From: Octopus bimaculoides
Lineage: Eukaryota
Length of the DNA: 34,311 nt
Assembly (NCBI RefSeq): GCF_001194135.2
Contig: NC_068987.1
Coordinates: forward strand, 63,840,187 to 63,874,497
Direction: 5' to 3'
Shown here piece by piece: positions 24,601-34,311 of this stretch. The notes under the pieces are model-generated. The model made no database searches. It was not told the origin of the DNA and saw only the letters and a list, made by a program, of their open reading frames with translations. A program made the position numbers and the translations under genes. Every line of letters starts with the position of its first letter. The first letter of the stretch is position 1.

Positions 24601-25114
24601 GATAACTGCAAATGCAACAACAATCATCGTTATAATAACAGTTGTGGTTATCATGGCGTAAAATAGAAAAGCATAAACGTGTTGGGTTGATGACATCATT
24701 ATAACACGTCCTGGGTAATCCTTCAGGGACTTGTTAAACATTTTGTCAAGCCTTAGTGGATGAGACCGACTGGAAGACAATATACGTGAGAAGAAAATCG
24801 AATAGTGTGCAGAGGCATTAGGGATAAAAAAAAACAACAAGGAAAGTAAAAAAGAAAAAGATATATTCGAATGACACAAGACACACAATAGACATGGCAG
24901 TGCAGTAAACATTTGATGCTAGTATGCAGAGAGTTAAGTAAACGCTTTGTATATATAATAGATACATTCCGTGAGAAGATATGCACACGAAGATAGGCAA
25001 CAGATTTCTCTCAACGTCGCATTCTGTCGCTCCCTGTCTTTGTCTAGCTGCATGTTTGTCTAACTGTCTATTGCTTCCCTCCTCTGTCTGACTGTCTGTC
25101 TGTCTCTCTCTGTA

Positions 25115-25120
25115 TACACG

Positions 25121-25212
<92 letters not shown>
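25115..25212. repeat. (CA)n-(TA)n microsatellite
   Basis: Tandem units read directly. Confidence 0.95.
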
Positions 25213-25216
<4 letters not shown>

Positions 25217-25629
25217 AAATATACGTAACTGTCATGTATGTGTGTGTATTTACATATCGTATTTCGTCTTAGTGCAAACACACGCATGTATATACATGTC
25301 TAAATGTGTGTGTGTGTGTGTATGTATGCATGCCTATCCAAGTATATGTGTGTATATATATATATTTAAATATAAACATACAAACTTATGCATAAATATA
25401 TTCATATATATGTTCGAGGGTAAGTGAAAAAGCAATGCAGTTTTTATTTGCATTACTTTTGACTTACCCTCTTAAGTATAATTCATATGTACATGTATAA
25501 AATTCTCAACCAGTTTTCACTTCGATATTCTTGTTGAATGTACGTGATATCAACCCAAATGACGTACGTGGTATCTAAGCAAAAAAATGGAAGCTGCCAT
25601 TGGCTAACTGAAATGACACATTGCGTCCC

Positions 25630-26350
25630 TTCATCCTGAAAGAAACCCGTCTAAACAACTTTTACATGGATGCCGTACTGAAAATAAATTATTTCACCAT
25701 CATCTGTGCAGATCGCACTGGCCGAAATAAAGGAGGGGCAACCATTTTTTCTTTATGATTCTTTTGTTATGGAAGCTATGGTCATATTTTCCAAACGTTA
25801 CTGCGAATCGATACCGCTATTCAAGAAAGTTTGGCTTATAAAAACCCTGAAGTAAGATAAATGCCTCTCAATAACACACAAATAAGCAACAGCAGCAGCC
25901 AAATTACTATTTTATGAATGAATTTTTCTTAACCGAACTCGTGCTTGAGCCAACAGAAAAGAAAAAACTATCCTGGACCTGATGTTAACAAATCACTCTA
26001 GCTCCATCCATAGCATTTCAGTTAAAAAAAGAAAGACAAAAACTCTTCTTACCAACCTTAGGTTCCGGGATGACAAATCTAAACAGGTCACTTTCACTCT
26101 AATGTATCTGTTCGACAACATTAATCTACACAAAGCAGACTGGGGAGCGTTTACAAAAGACTTATTACTTATCAACTTTTCCTTCTCCCACATTTCCCTT
26201 GAAATTGAAGCAACAAGGCAGCACTTAGATAAGATTGTCACTTATACATGCTTAAAACACACAACTACGAAACACAAGTCCTAGTAAAAATAGGCTCTCA
26301 AGAGAAAAAAATCATTCATTGGGAGAATCGAGAGTTAATAAAAATGAAAT
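25630..26350 (+). mobile_element. Decayed APE endonuclease region of a CR1/L2/Jockey-group LINE
   Basis: FILKETRLNNFYMDAVLKINYFTIICADRTGRNKGGATIF (from 25630); FLTELVLEPT / TILDLMLTN (about 25926-25993); NLHKADW. These match the ETWL..DR..GGG, PTR...LDL and NF.KADW motifs. Confidence 0.78.
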
Positions 26351-26439
26351 ATCAATTAAAATACTACCACCAACAGTGTCCACTGTCAACAGCAGTATGG
26401 AGGCTAGAATTGGAAAACTATCATCTACAGATCACCATA

Positions 26440-26585
26440 AAAATATGTGGCACTTGGTGAAGAATGGGGTTTGATGTAGCTACCCTCATTTGTACCTCTT
26501 GCCGTGCGGAAGGTTCATCTGGGACTCTCGACAGGAAGAGGTCCAGCTTTGATTTTAAAACGTCTACATCTACTTGATGCACGGA
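26440..26585 (-). mobile_element. CR1-like ORF2 C-terminal fragment
   Basis: HQVDVDVLKSKLDLFLSRVPDEPSARQEVQMRVATSNPILHQ resembles the FK..LD.FL..VPDEP...NSL..Q end of invertebrate CR1-group ORF2. Confidence 0.75.
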
Positions 26586-27104
26586 CAACGGCCGAACCAA
26601 GAAAGAAAGATCAGGCTTGGCCGAACGCCAGTCACGTGGGAAGAGAAGAGAGGGAGGTAGAGGCAGAGGGACAAAAGAATTAAAGAGGGGTGAGACAAAA
26701 TGACAGGGACATAGTGAACTGAAAAATGGAGGGAAAGTGAGCAAGAAGAGAAAGCAAGGAAATGTGAGAGATGGGGAACGAAAGAACGAAGAGTGAAATG
26801 AACGAATAAGCCCCAAGAAAAAACTAAGCTAAGAGCATTAGATTCCTTGGAAGAAAGCTGCGAATGTATACAAAAACAAGTACGGAACAAAACGAATAAT
26901 GTTACACAAATACAATAAAAATAACAAGTGTCTTTCGACTAATGACGAATAAAATTTAGCTGGCGTATGTGGAAATATATATATAAACATCATATTTTAA
27001 TGATCTACAAGTGTTTCCGCTGCAGTGGCTACTCACTGTTGCAAATGCACCGAACATAATGCATAGTTGCATTTGCAACAGTGAGTAGTCGCTGCAGCAG
27101 AAAC

Positions 27105-27171
27105 ACGTATACACACACACACTCACACACACACACACACACACACATACACACGCACACACACACACTCA

Positions 27172-27204
<33 letters not shown>

Positions 27205-27205
27205 T
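27105..27205. repeat. (CA)n microsatellite with a CT interruption
   Basis: Tandem units read directly. Confidence 0.9.
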
Positions 27206-28105
27206 GCACACATGCACATATACGTGTGTGTGTGCGAGTTCGCCATTCCTATGTTCAGACAGTTAAATGCCTACATTTGCCGCTGAAAAACAGGAATGAT
27301 TCAATTTTATCTCGGAGAAAACATCATTGAAAGCATCAATGTGAGCTACAAAGTTATGGGCTCAATGCAGTTACGCAAATAACAGCAGTCGTGATTTTTT
27401 AATGAACTTAAGAGTACTCCGATGATATCATACTGCACCTTATTAATAGTGAAGCCTCTCACTCAACTTAGCAATTACTTTTATGTACCAATATATGATA
27501 TCACTGTGAGTTGTAGCGAATGATGAGGTCGAGAAAGTGCTAGTGTAAAGCAAAATTTTATAGTTATTACTTATGGCAAATAGTAGATGATATATATGAT
27601 GTGCAAGCTGTCTTAGGCAGTTTATAGTGAGCTGAAGGTCTAAGAGTTTGGGAGAGAGTCATTTTCAACGCATGCTTGTAAAGCTTGACACACTTTCTCA
27701 TAAAAGTCACTGAAATATGGTGGAGTTGTTACATAAGTTTAGGTATAAAATGGGGGATCTTACAACACATGAAGCAAAGATGTTCAGAATGCGATCATCT
27801 CATTTGGATGTATATTAGACTCTATTGTGCCTAATTATTCCCTTCCATCTTAAAGTGGTGCAACGTGAAACAAGAGAGGCATGGTTGCTGTTTCTAGAAT
27901 GTGAAGGAGGTGACCAAGACTTGACTCCTTTATTCTCTCATGCTGCCGCACTCTTGTTCAGAGATTTTGCTAAAAGTAATTCCTATTCTCTTTATTGTGA
28001 CATCCTTTAAGTTTGTTAATAAAGTTATTGTTTATTTTAATTCTAATGACTTCATTCTTTCTCTGTCGAACTCGATACTTCAGCAGACCTATGATCAAAA
28101 TCTTC

Positions 28106-28465
28106 GGCTACGTGGTAAGGAGCTTACTTCTCGACCATATGGTTACGGGTTCAATCCCACTGTGTGGCACTTTGCGTGAGCGTCTTCTACTTATAGCCTT
28201 GGGTCGACCAAAGTCATGTGAATGGATTTGGTGTGTGTGTGTATCATTGTGTCCGTGTTTTCCCGCGCCCCACCACCGCGTGACAACCGGTGTGGGTGTC
28301 ATCGTAACATTAGCGGTTAGGCAAAAGATGCCCATGTAATAAGCACCAGGTTTAAAAAGTTAACATGTACTGGAGCTCGATTCGTTCGACTAAGATTCAA
28401 GACGGTGCCCCATCATCGCCGTAGTCTGATGATGACTGAAATAGGTAAAAAAGAAAGAAATAAAA
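28106..28465 (+). mobile_element. SINE family 2, full length, with a short internal (GT)n
   Basis: Head ggctacgtggtaaggagctt, B-box gggttcaatccc (28147-28158), body as in the other family 2 copies, A-rich tail. Confidence 0.88.
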
Positions 28466-28833
28466 CGTATTTTTGTTTCTTCAGATGGTAATGTGGAGAA
28501 GGAGGGAGATTCGGTTGCTATTCTTATCGTGTTATTTTGTCTTGTTAATATCATCTGCTAAAATAAACAATATTATATTTATGCCCACATACCTAATGGA
28601 ACAAATCACGGCCAGCTTTAAATACCTGCCAAGTTCTTTCCATTACACTTTTTGTCATTTATCTCTCTTTTCATATTTCAGGCTTTCTCTATTCTCCCGT
28701 TTTTTTTCTGTTCAGTTTCATAAATTTTTGCCTTCCCTTTATTGCTACACGTTCCCATATATTTTCTATTTGGAGAATCCGTCAACTGATTTAATATACA
28801 TGGAATTACTGTACTAATATTCAATAGATTATT

Positions 28834-29024
28834 AGGGGGGCCAAATGGCAGAATCGTTAGCAGGTCAGGCGAAATGCTAAGCAGTATTTCGTCTGCCGCT
28901 ACGTTCTGAGCTAGACTTTGCCTTTCGGGGCCGATAAAATTAAGTACCAGTTGCGTACTGAGGTCGATCTAATCGACTGGCCCCGTCCCCCAACATTTCG
29001 GGCCTTGTGCTTAGAGTAGAAAGG
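28834..29024 (+). mobile_element. SINE family 1 with internal deletion and a degenerate 18-bp TSD
   Basis: A-box tggcagaatcgtt. The B-box region is deleted (ttctgag-ctagactttg). Flanks aatattcaatagattatt (28816-28833) and aatatacaataaaatatt (29025-29042) match 15/18. Confidence 0.85.
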
Positions 29025-29392
29025 AATATACAATAAAATATTTTAAATCAATCTCACAATTTTGTTACCTTAACTATGTCCGAATTATAAAATGACGTTT
29101 TACATTTTCTCAAGACTCATCTTAATGGAAAGTTATGTGTAGCATTTAACGTCGTGGAAAGGTGTGTGTAGCAGCTAATATATTCCTGTATTTTGTAGGC
29201 TAATTTCAAGTAGTACGGCCTTCAAAAATGCAGAACCATCATAGAGAAACATTATTACATTACCTTTATGCTATAATATATTTCCACGACGTCAGAGTGA
29301 TTTACATCATTAGGCAAGGGTGAAGAAAGGTTAAAATGGGTCCAGAATTTGGATTTCCTTTCTTTGTACTCAAACCCACCTTCGTCGCTATT

Positions 29393-29450
29393 GATTCAAC
29401 GAGAGAGCCTATCGATTCAATGAGAAAGCACGTCGATTCAATGAGAGAGC
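29393..29450. repeat. 21-bp minisatellite, about 3 copies
   Basis: gattcaa(c/t)gaga(g/a)agc at 29393, 29414 and 29435. Confidence 0.85.
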
Positions 29451-29942
29451 TTCCATGCTGTTCTCATCTCTCCAACATTATCTTCAACACCTGCCCACTA
29501 GTTTACGATTAATATTTCATAGCAATATTTTTCTAGTTGTAATTTATAATAGTTAGTTCCTGATTACTGATTGACAAGACATATAATAACATGTGTTAAA
29601 GCTGTAACCAACTTAACGTTTTAGAAACAGTGTATCTAGGACCATTATTTAATGTAACTTTTCACTTTATTAGTCATACTGTTATCCAAGTTTGTTTCCG
29701 TTAAAAAAAAGTGTATATTCCAAACGTACGTACTTTTCTGTTAGCAATAATTCTCCATTTTTATATGGACATTGACATCAGTTAACAAGACGCACGCTCA
29801 GGATTAGGGAAAACCTCATAGACATGAATGTAAAGCAAACGATAACCAGCACCACTCCCATTGCAAAACCTTTTCTGTCATAGGCCATGCGCATGCACAC
29901 ACATACACACACAGAAACGCCAACGCACGTGTGTATGTATGC

Positions 29943-29943
<1 letters not shown>

Positions 29944-30000
<57 letters not shown>
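29944..30000. repeat. (TA)n microsatellite
   Basis: Tandem units read directly. Confidence 0.95.
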
Positions 30001-30007
<7 letters not shown>

Positions 30008-30489
30008 TGCATATATGTATAATATCATAATGTCATAAGAGATTGCAACATAACTCGTTATTATCCAATTCCTTGGAGTAATTCTCATCATATAATACAA
30101 TATATGATATATACATATATATAGATACGTAAATATATGCATGTGCAATATGCATGCGTGTGGTATATATGTGTATACGGGTGTATGTGTGCATGTGTGT
30201 ATATATATATATATTTATACATACACATACAGAGAGAAAGAAAGAGAGAGAGAACTGCATGGATGTATTTATGTTTATGTGTGTATGTATGTGTGTTTGT
30301 GTGTGTGTATCCGTTTCTCTGTTGCAATTTGGGAGGGTCACTTTGCCACTAAGGATTATGCGCAGGCGCAAAGCTGCCGTCCCAAGAGACGGGAAAATCT
30401 AATGTCTCAACACTAGATTTTACATCAAGAAGCTTGCAAACAAATAAGAAATGCAAAAAGGAACACACACACACACACACACACACACA

Positions 30490-31410
30490 NNNNNNNNNNN
30501 NNNNNNNNNNNNNNNNNNNNNNNNNNNNNNNNNNNNNNNNNNNNNNNNNNNNNNNNNNNNNNNNNNNNNNNNNNNNNNNNNNNNNNNNNNNNNNNNNNNN
30601 NNNNNNNNNNNNNNNNNNNNNNNNNNNNNNNNNNNNNNNNNNNNNNNNNNNNNNNNNNNNNNNNNNNNNNNNNNNNNNNNNNNNNNNNNNNNNNNNNNNN
30701 NNNNNNNNNNNNNNNNNNNNNNNNNNNNNNNNNNNNNNNNNNNNNNNNNNNNNNNNNNNNNNNNNNNNNNNNNNNNNNNNNNNNNNNNNNNNNNNNNNNN
30801 NNNNNNNNNNNNNNNNNNNNNNNNNNNNNNNNNNNNNNNNNNNNNNNNNNNNNNNNNNNNNNNNNNNNNNNNNNNNNNNNNNNNNNNNNNNNNNNNNNNN
30901 NNNNNNNNNNNNNNNNNNNNNNNNNNNNNNNNNNNNNNNNNNNNNNNNNNNNNNNNNNNNNNNNNNNNNNNNNNNNNNNNNNNNNNNNNNNNNNNNNNNN
31001 NNNNNNNNNNNNNNNNNNNNNNNNNNNNNNNNNNNNNNNNNNNNNNNNNNNNNNNNNNNNNNNNNNNNNNNNNNNNNNNNNNNNNNNNNNNNNNNNNNNN
31101 NNNNNNNNNNNNNNNNNNNNNNNNNNNNNNNNNNNNNNNNNNNNNNNNNNNNNNNNNNNNNNNNNNNNNNNNNNNNNNNNNNNNNNNNNNNNNNNNNNNN
31201 NNNNNNNNNNNNNNNNNNNNNNNNNNNNNNNNNNNNNNNNNNNNNNNNNNNNNNNNNNNNNNNNNNNNNNNNNNNNNNNNNNNNNNNNNNNNNNNNNNNN
31301 NNNNNNNNNNNNNNNNNNNNNNNNNNNNNNNNNNNNNNNNNNNNNNNNNNNNNNNNNNNNNNNNNNNNNNNNNNNNNNNNNNNNNNNNNNNNNNNNNNNN
31401 NNNNNNNNNN
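30490..31410. other. Assembly gap between (CA)n and (TA)n arrays
   Basis: Ns read directly. Confidence 1.
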
Positions 31411-31442
<32 letters not shown>

Positions 31443-31850
31443 GTACATAGATACATAAATATATACGTACGTAAGTATTTATATTAAAGTTTTTTGTCTA
31501 TATTCACAAACACACATATTTATGTATAAATATATAAAAGCCATTTCCACGAATACAACCGCATATACTATAAATGGCACAGTGACACACGCACACGCAC
31601 ACGGAATCGTGCAAACACAACACACTAACGTACATTAACACACACTGCATTGACATATATCAGGCCTAGAACTTTCAAACGTAAAAGAAGACAGAATAGA
31701 CAACAACGCTGCGTACGTAAACACTCGCATACATCTTGGTCAATGCCATATCCCTGTCTGAATATGCTGTACATTAGATATTCCGTATTGTTCACAAGTG
31801 AAATATATGTCGCTTAAAGACCACCCCTTACGACAGACCAGAATGTTATG

Positions 31851-32027
31851 CATACCTACATACATACATACATACATACATAGATACATGCATACATACA
31901 TACATACATACATAGATACATGCATACATACATACATACATACATGCATACATACATGGATACATGCATACATACATACATACATACATACATGCATACA
32001 TACATGGATACATGCATACATACATGT
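31851..32027. repeat. (CATA)n microsatellite with recurring variant units
   Basis: Tandem units read directly. Confidence 0.9.
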
Positions 32028-32109
32028 CTAGACATGCAACTGTAAGCATGAGAATATATGAATAAAACAAAACATACAAATCTGCACTTATATATTCATA
32101 CAGATATAC

Positions 32110-32212
32110 CCTGTTGTTGTTAAAGTTCCAATGAAGGAACCTTGAATCTAGGTTAGAAACCGGTTCTTTCTCTATCGACAAGAAATCTTGAAATAAAACT
32201 GAAAAATGACAT
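32110..32212 (-). mobile_element. Probable retroposon 3' remnant with an (AAC)n tail
   Basis: The reverse complement ends ttcattggaactttaacaacaac. It resembles an octopus repeat recalled from memory. Single copy in the window. Confidence 0.4.
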
Positions 32213-32288
32213 ACATACATACATACATACATGCATGCATGCATACAAACATACATACATACATACGTACATACATATATATGTACAT

Positions 32289-32490
32289 GGTGGTTGTCTA
32301 CTCCTTATGCAGAGTTTGACCACCTCCTGTACTTACACCATAGAACCATCATAGCATCTGATGTGGCTTTTTAAACCAGATAATGTTCTGAAAAGACACC
32401 CACATAGATTGCATATCCGATTTGGAACACCAAGAGCTGCAGATAAGTTCTCATCTTTTATACCTAGTGTGCATTTTCTTTGTTTCATTT
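32289..32490 (-). mobile_element. RTE LINE 3' end remnant (C-terminal C2H2-like finger + short 3' UTR)
   Basis: KMKQRK...RICNLCGCLFRTLSGLKSHIRCY. A basic stretch followed by a single CxxC...GLxSHxR finger is typical of RTE ORF C-termini. Confidence 0.65.
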
Positions 32491-33009
32491 TACTTTTCCC
32501 ATATATATGAATATATATATATATATATGGAAGTATAGGCAAAACATATATATTTTATTGTAAATATGATTGTAAATATGGAATAAGGAGGAGGAGAGTG
32601 TAAAACACGTGTAATATCAGTTTTGAAAGTTATACATATTGAACATAACACGAAGAAAAATAACCCGAAGTAGAAACATCTTGACAGATGGAATGAAAAA
32701 GAGTAAATAAATAAATAAATATCAAGGGAGAAATAAAGGATGAAAGGAGATAAGAAAAGATAAGAACATGCAAAGAAGTAAAAAACAAAGACACAAGTGG
32801 TGAAAAAATGATAGTGGGACGGCTGATGTTGTGTAATATAGAATGTGGATGTTGCACAGAAGAGGGAGATGTTTACTAAACGGCATCTCCATGTTATGTA
32901 ATGGTTGAGTGGTTTAGCTGTTCCAGATTTCAATTACGTACGTATTTACATTGGAAGCCGAATAAATTTCTCACATATCCTATGTAACTTTACCACATAT
33001 TCCGTAGTA

Positions 33010-33314
33010 CAACGGTCACGAAACGTTTAACATCGCGGATCGGTTTCATGCCAGATAATTTTTCCATGGACCGGGAGGTTGCGCGCCAAACAAAACAGCA
33101 TGAAGTGCGATTCACCGGTCCATAGAAAAATTATCTAGCATGAAACCGATCCTCGATGTTAAATGTTTCGTGACCGCTTGTTCAAGTGTGAAATAAAAAC
33201 AACCATCAAGATTGTGATAGTCAATAAAATCGAAATTCATTCTTTCTGAGGGGCCCAGTACCAAATTATCCACTGCTTGATACTGGTCAGCGGCTCAGTG
33301 GCTGGGGACCCCTG
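33010..33314. mobile_element. hAT-Charlie (MER1-like) MITE with an internal 62-bp fold-back
   Basis: Ends are caacggtcacgaaac and ggctggggacccctg. The 8-bp TSD is ccgtagta (33002-33009) / tcgtagta (33315-33322). Arms 33013-33074 and 33115-33176 match 58/62. Confidence 0.85.
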
Positions 33315-33416
33315 TCGTAGTAGATTATTGCATTAAAACGATACATTGCACGGTTAATTCATTTTTTACACTATTTGTATAGAGAAGTAATGACAGCTCG
33401 CTCGTCAACATTAAAT

Positions 33417-33801
33417 TGTTGTTGGCACTCCGTCACTTACGACGTCGAGGGTTCCAGTTGATCCGATCAACGGAACAGCCTGCTCGTGAAATTAACGTGC
33501 AAGTGGCTGAGCACTCCACAGACACGTGTACCCTTAACGTAGTTCTCGGGGAGATTCAGCGTGACACAGTGTGACAAGGCTGACCCTTTGAATTACAGGC
33601 ACAACATAAACAGGAAGTAAGAGCGAGAGAAAGTTGTGGTGAAAGAGTACAGCAGGGTTCGCCACCATCTCCTGCCGGAGCCTCGTGGAACTTTAAGTGT
33701 GTTCGCTCAATAAACACTCACAACGCCCGGTCTGAGAATCGAAACCCCGATCCTATGACCGCGAGTCTGCTGCCCTAACCACTGGGCCATTGTGCCTCCA
33801 C
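33417..33801 (-). mobile_element. SINE family 3b, full length, with a perfect 11-bp TSD and (AAC)n tail
   Basis: TSD caacattaaat at 33406-33416 and 33802-33812. The reverse complement head has tggcccagtggtt (A box) and ggtttcgattctc (B box). The 3' module is shared with 23733-23909. Confidence 0.92.
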
Positions 33802-34002
33802 CAACATTAAATAATGTGAGTAGATTAGACAGAATAGGTACTGATTTGTGACAAAATAACAAAAGCAATAGGTCCACGTTAACAGGTACAAGGCCTCACT
33901 CTGCTGGGCATTAATAGAGCAGACTATTTTGTCAGTGCTAGGTGACTGAACGAATTATCAGTGAAACAAGTGTGATACTGGAATAGATGAAATAGAAGAG
34001 TT

Positions 34003-34056
34003 AAAGTATCAGGTACAAATCAGTTATTAATATAACTGATTTGTACCTGATACTTT
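34003..34056. repeat. Perfect inverted repeat, 25-bp arms, 4-nt loop
   Basis: aaagtatcaggtacaaatcagttat-taat-ataactgatttgtacctgatacttt. Confidence 0.95.
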
Positions 34057-34311
34057 TTGTACCTAATTTTGAAAGAAGAGTTTGCCAATATCCCTATAGT
34101 TTATAACGTAGTGTTAACGTATATAATGCAAGAAGAATTTACAAAGTAATTAAAAATGATTATGCGATGAAGAAAGACAACTTTCGCTCAAAGATTGATA
34201 TTGCAGTCAATGTCGGTAAAGTCTACGGACATTACTACTCATGTTTTTTTAGACCTCTTCAACCAAATATATTTTCCTAAATAATAATGAGAAAATTATC
34301 GCGAGAGTGCA

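Noticed and set aside
26640-26830. 131-aa minus-strand ORF 26421-26816 as a gene
   Set aside because: Its N-terminal two-thirds is translated GA-rich low-complexity sequence. Only the C-terminal part is informative, and it is a LINE fragment.
28470-28570. Strong-looking splice acceptor ttttgtttcttcag followed by GNVEKEGDSVAILIVLFCLVNIIC* and AATAAA
   Set aside because: It is short and has no recognisable homology or partner exon. It sits at the end of a SINE's A-rich tail, and such motifs are frequent by chance in AT-rich DNA.
29149-29292. 12-bp inverted repeat acgtcgtggaaa / tttccacgacgt, 120 bp apart
   Set aside because: It does not extend in either direction and has no TSD. Too short to call a MITE.
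30359-30370. NRF1-like motif tgcgcaggcgca next to a small ccgtc/gacgg hairpin
   Set aside because: A single motif with no CpG-rich promoter context or downstream gene evidence.
33720-33801. tRNA-like sequences with A/B boxes (also 23975-24054, 28106-28165, 21147-21235)
   Set aside because: They continue into SINE bodies, and I could not fold a complete cloverleaf with a paired acceptor stem. They are SINE heads, not tRNA genes.

Overview
This is AT-rich, microsatellite-dense eukaryotic DNA from a gapped draft assembly, with five N-runs. It is most likely an octopod cephalopod (Octopus-like), inferred from SINE families I recognise from memory. I cannot support any intact protein-coding gene, RNA gene, CRISPR array or prokaryotic feature. 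Nearly all listed ORFs are artefacts of N-runs or microsatellites. The window holds: a near full-length decayed RTE-clade LINE (+, about 4750-7815); three 5'-truncated R4/Dong-like REL-endonuclease retrotransposons (all on the minus strand and abutting (TAA)n arrays); CR1-like and RTE fragments; about a dozen tRNA-derived SINE copies in three or four families; and five MITE-like elements (hAT-Charlie, mariner-like and unclassified). The most interesting observations are: (1) R4/Dong-like elements stacked in TAA microsatellites, one inside the (ATT)n tail of a SINE; (2) a 184-bp MITE whose ends read as splice acceptor and donor around an open frame; (3) a hAT MITE resembling mammalian MER1/Charlie ends, with a 62-bp internal fold-back; (4) SINEs sharing a 3' module but with different central domains; (5) a perfect 25-bp-arm hairpin. 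I found no convincing novel multi-gene system. The novelty here, if any, is at the level of transposon ecology.
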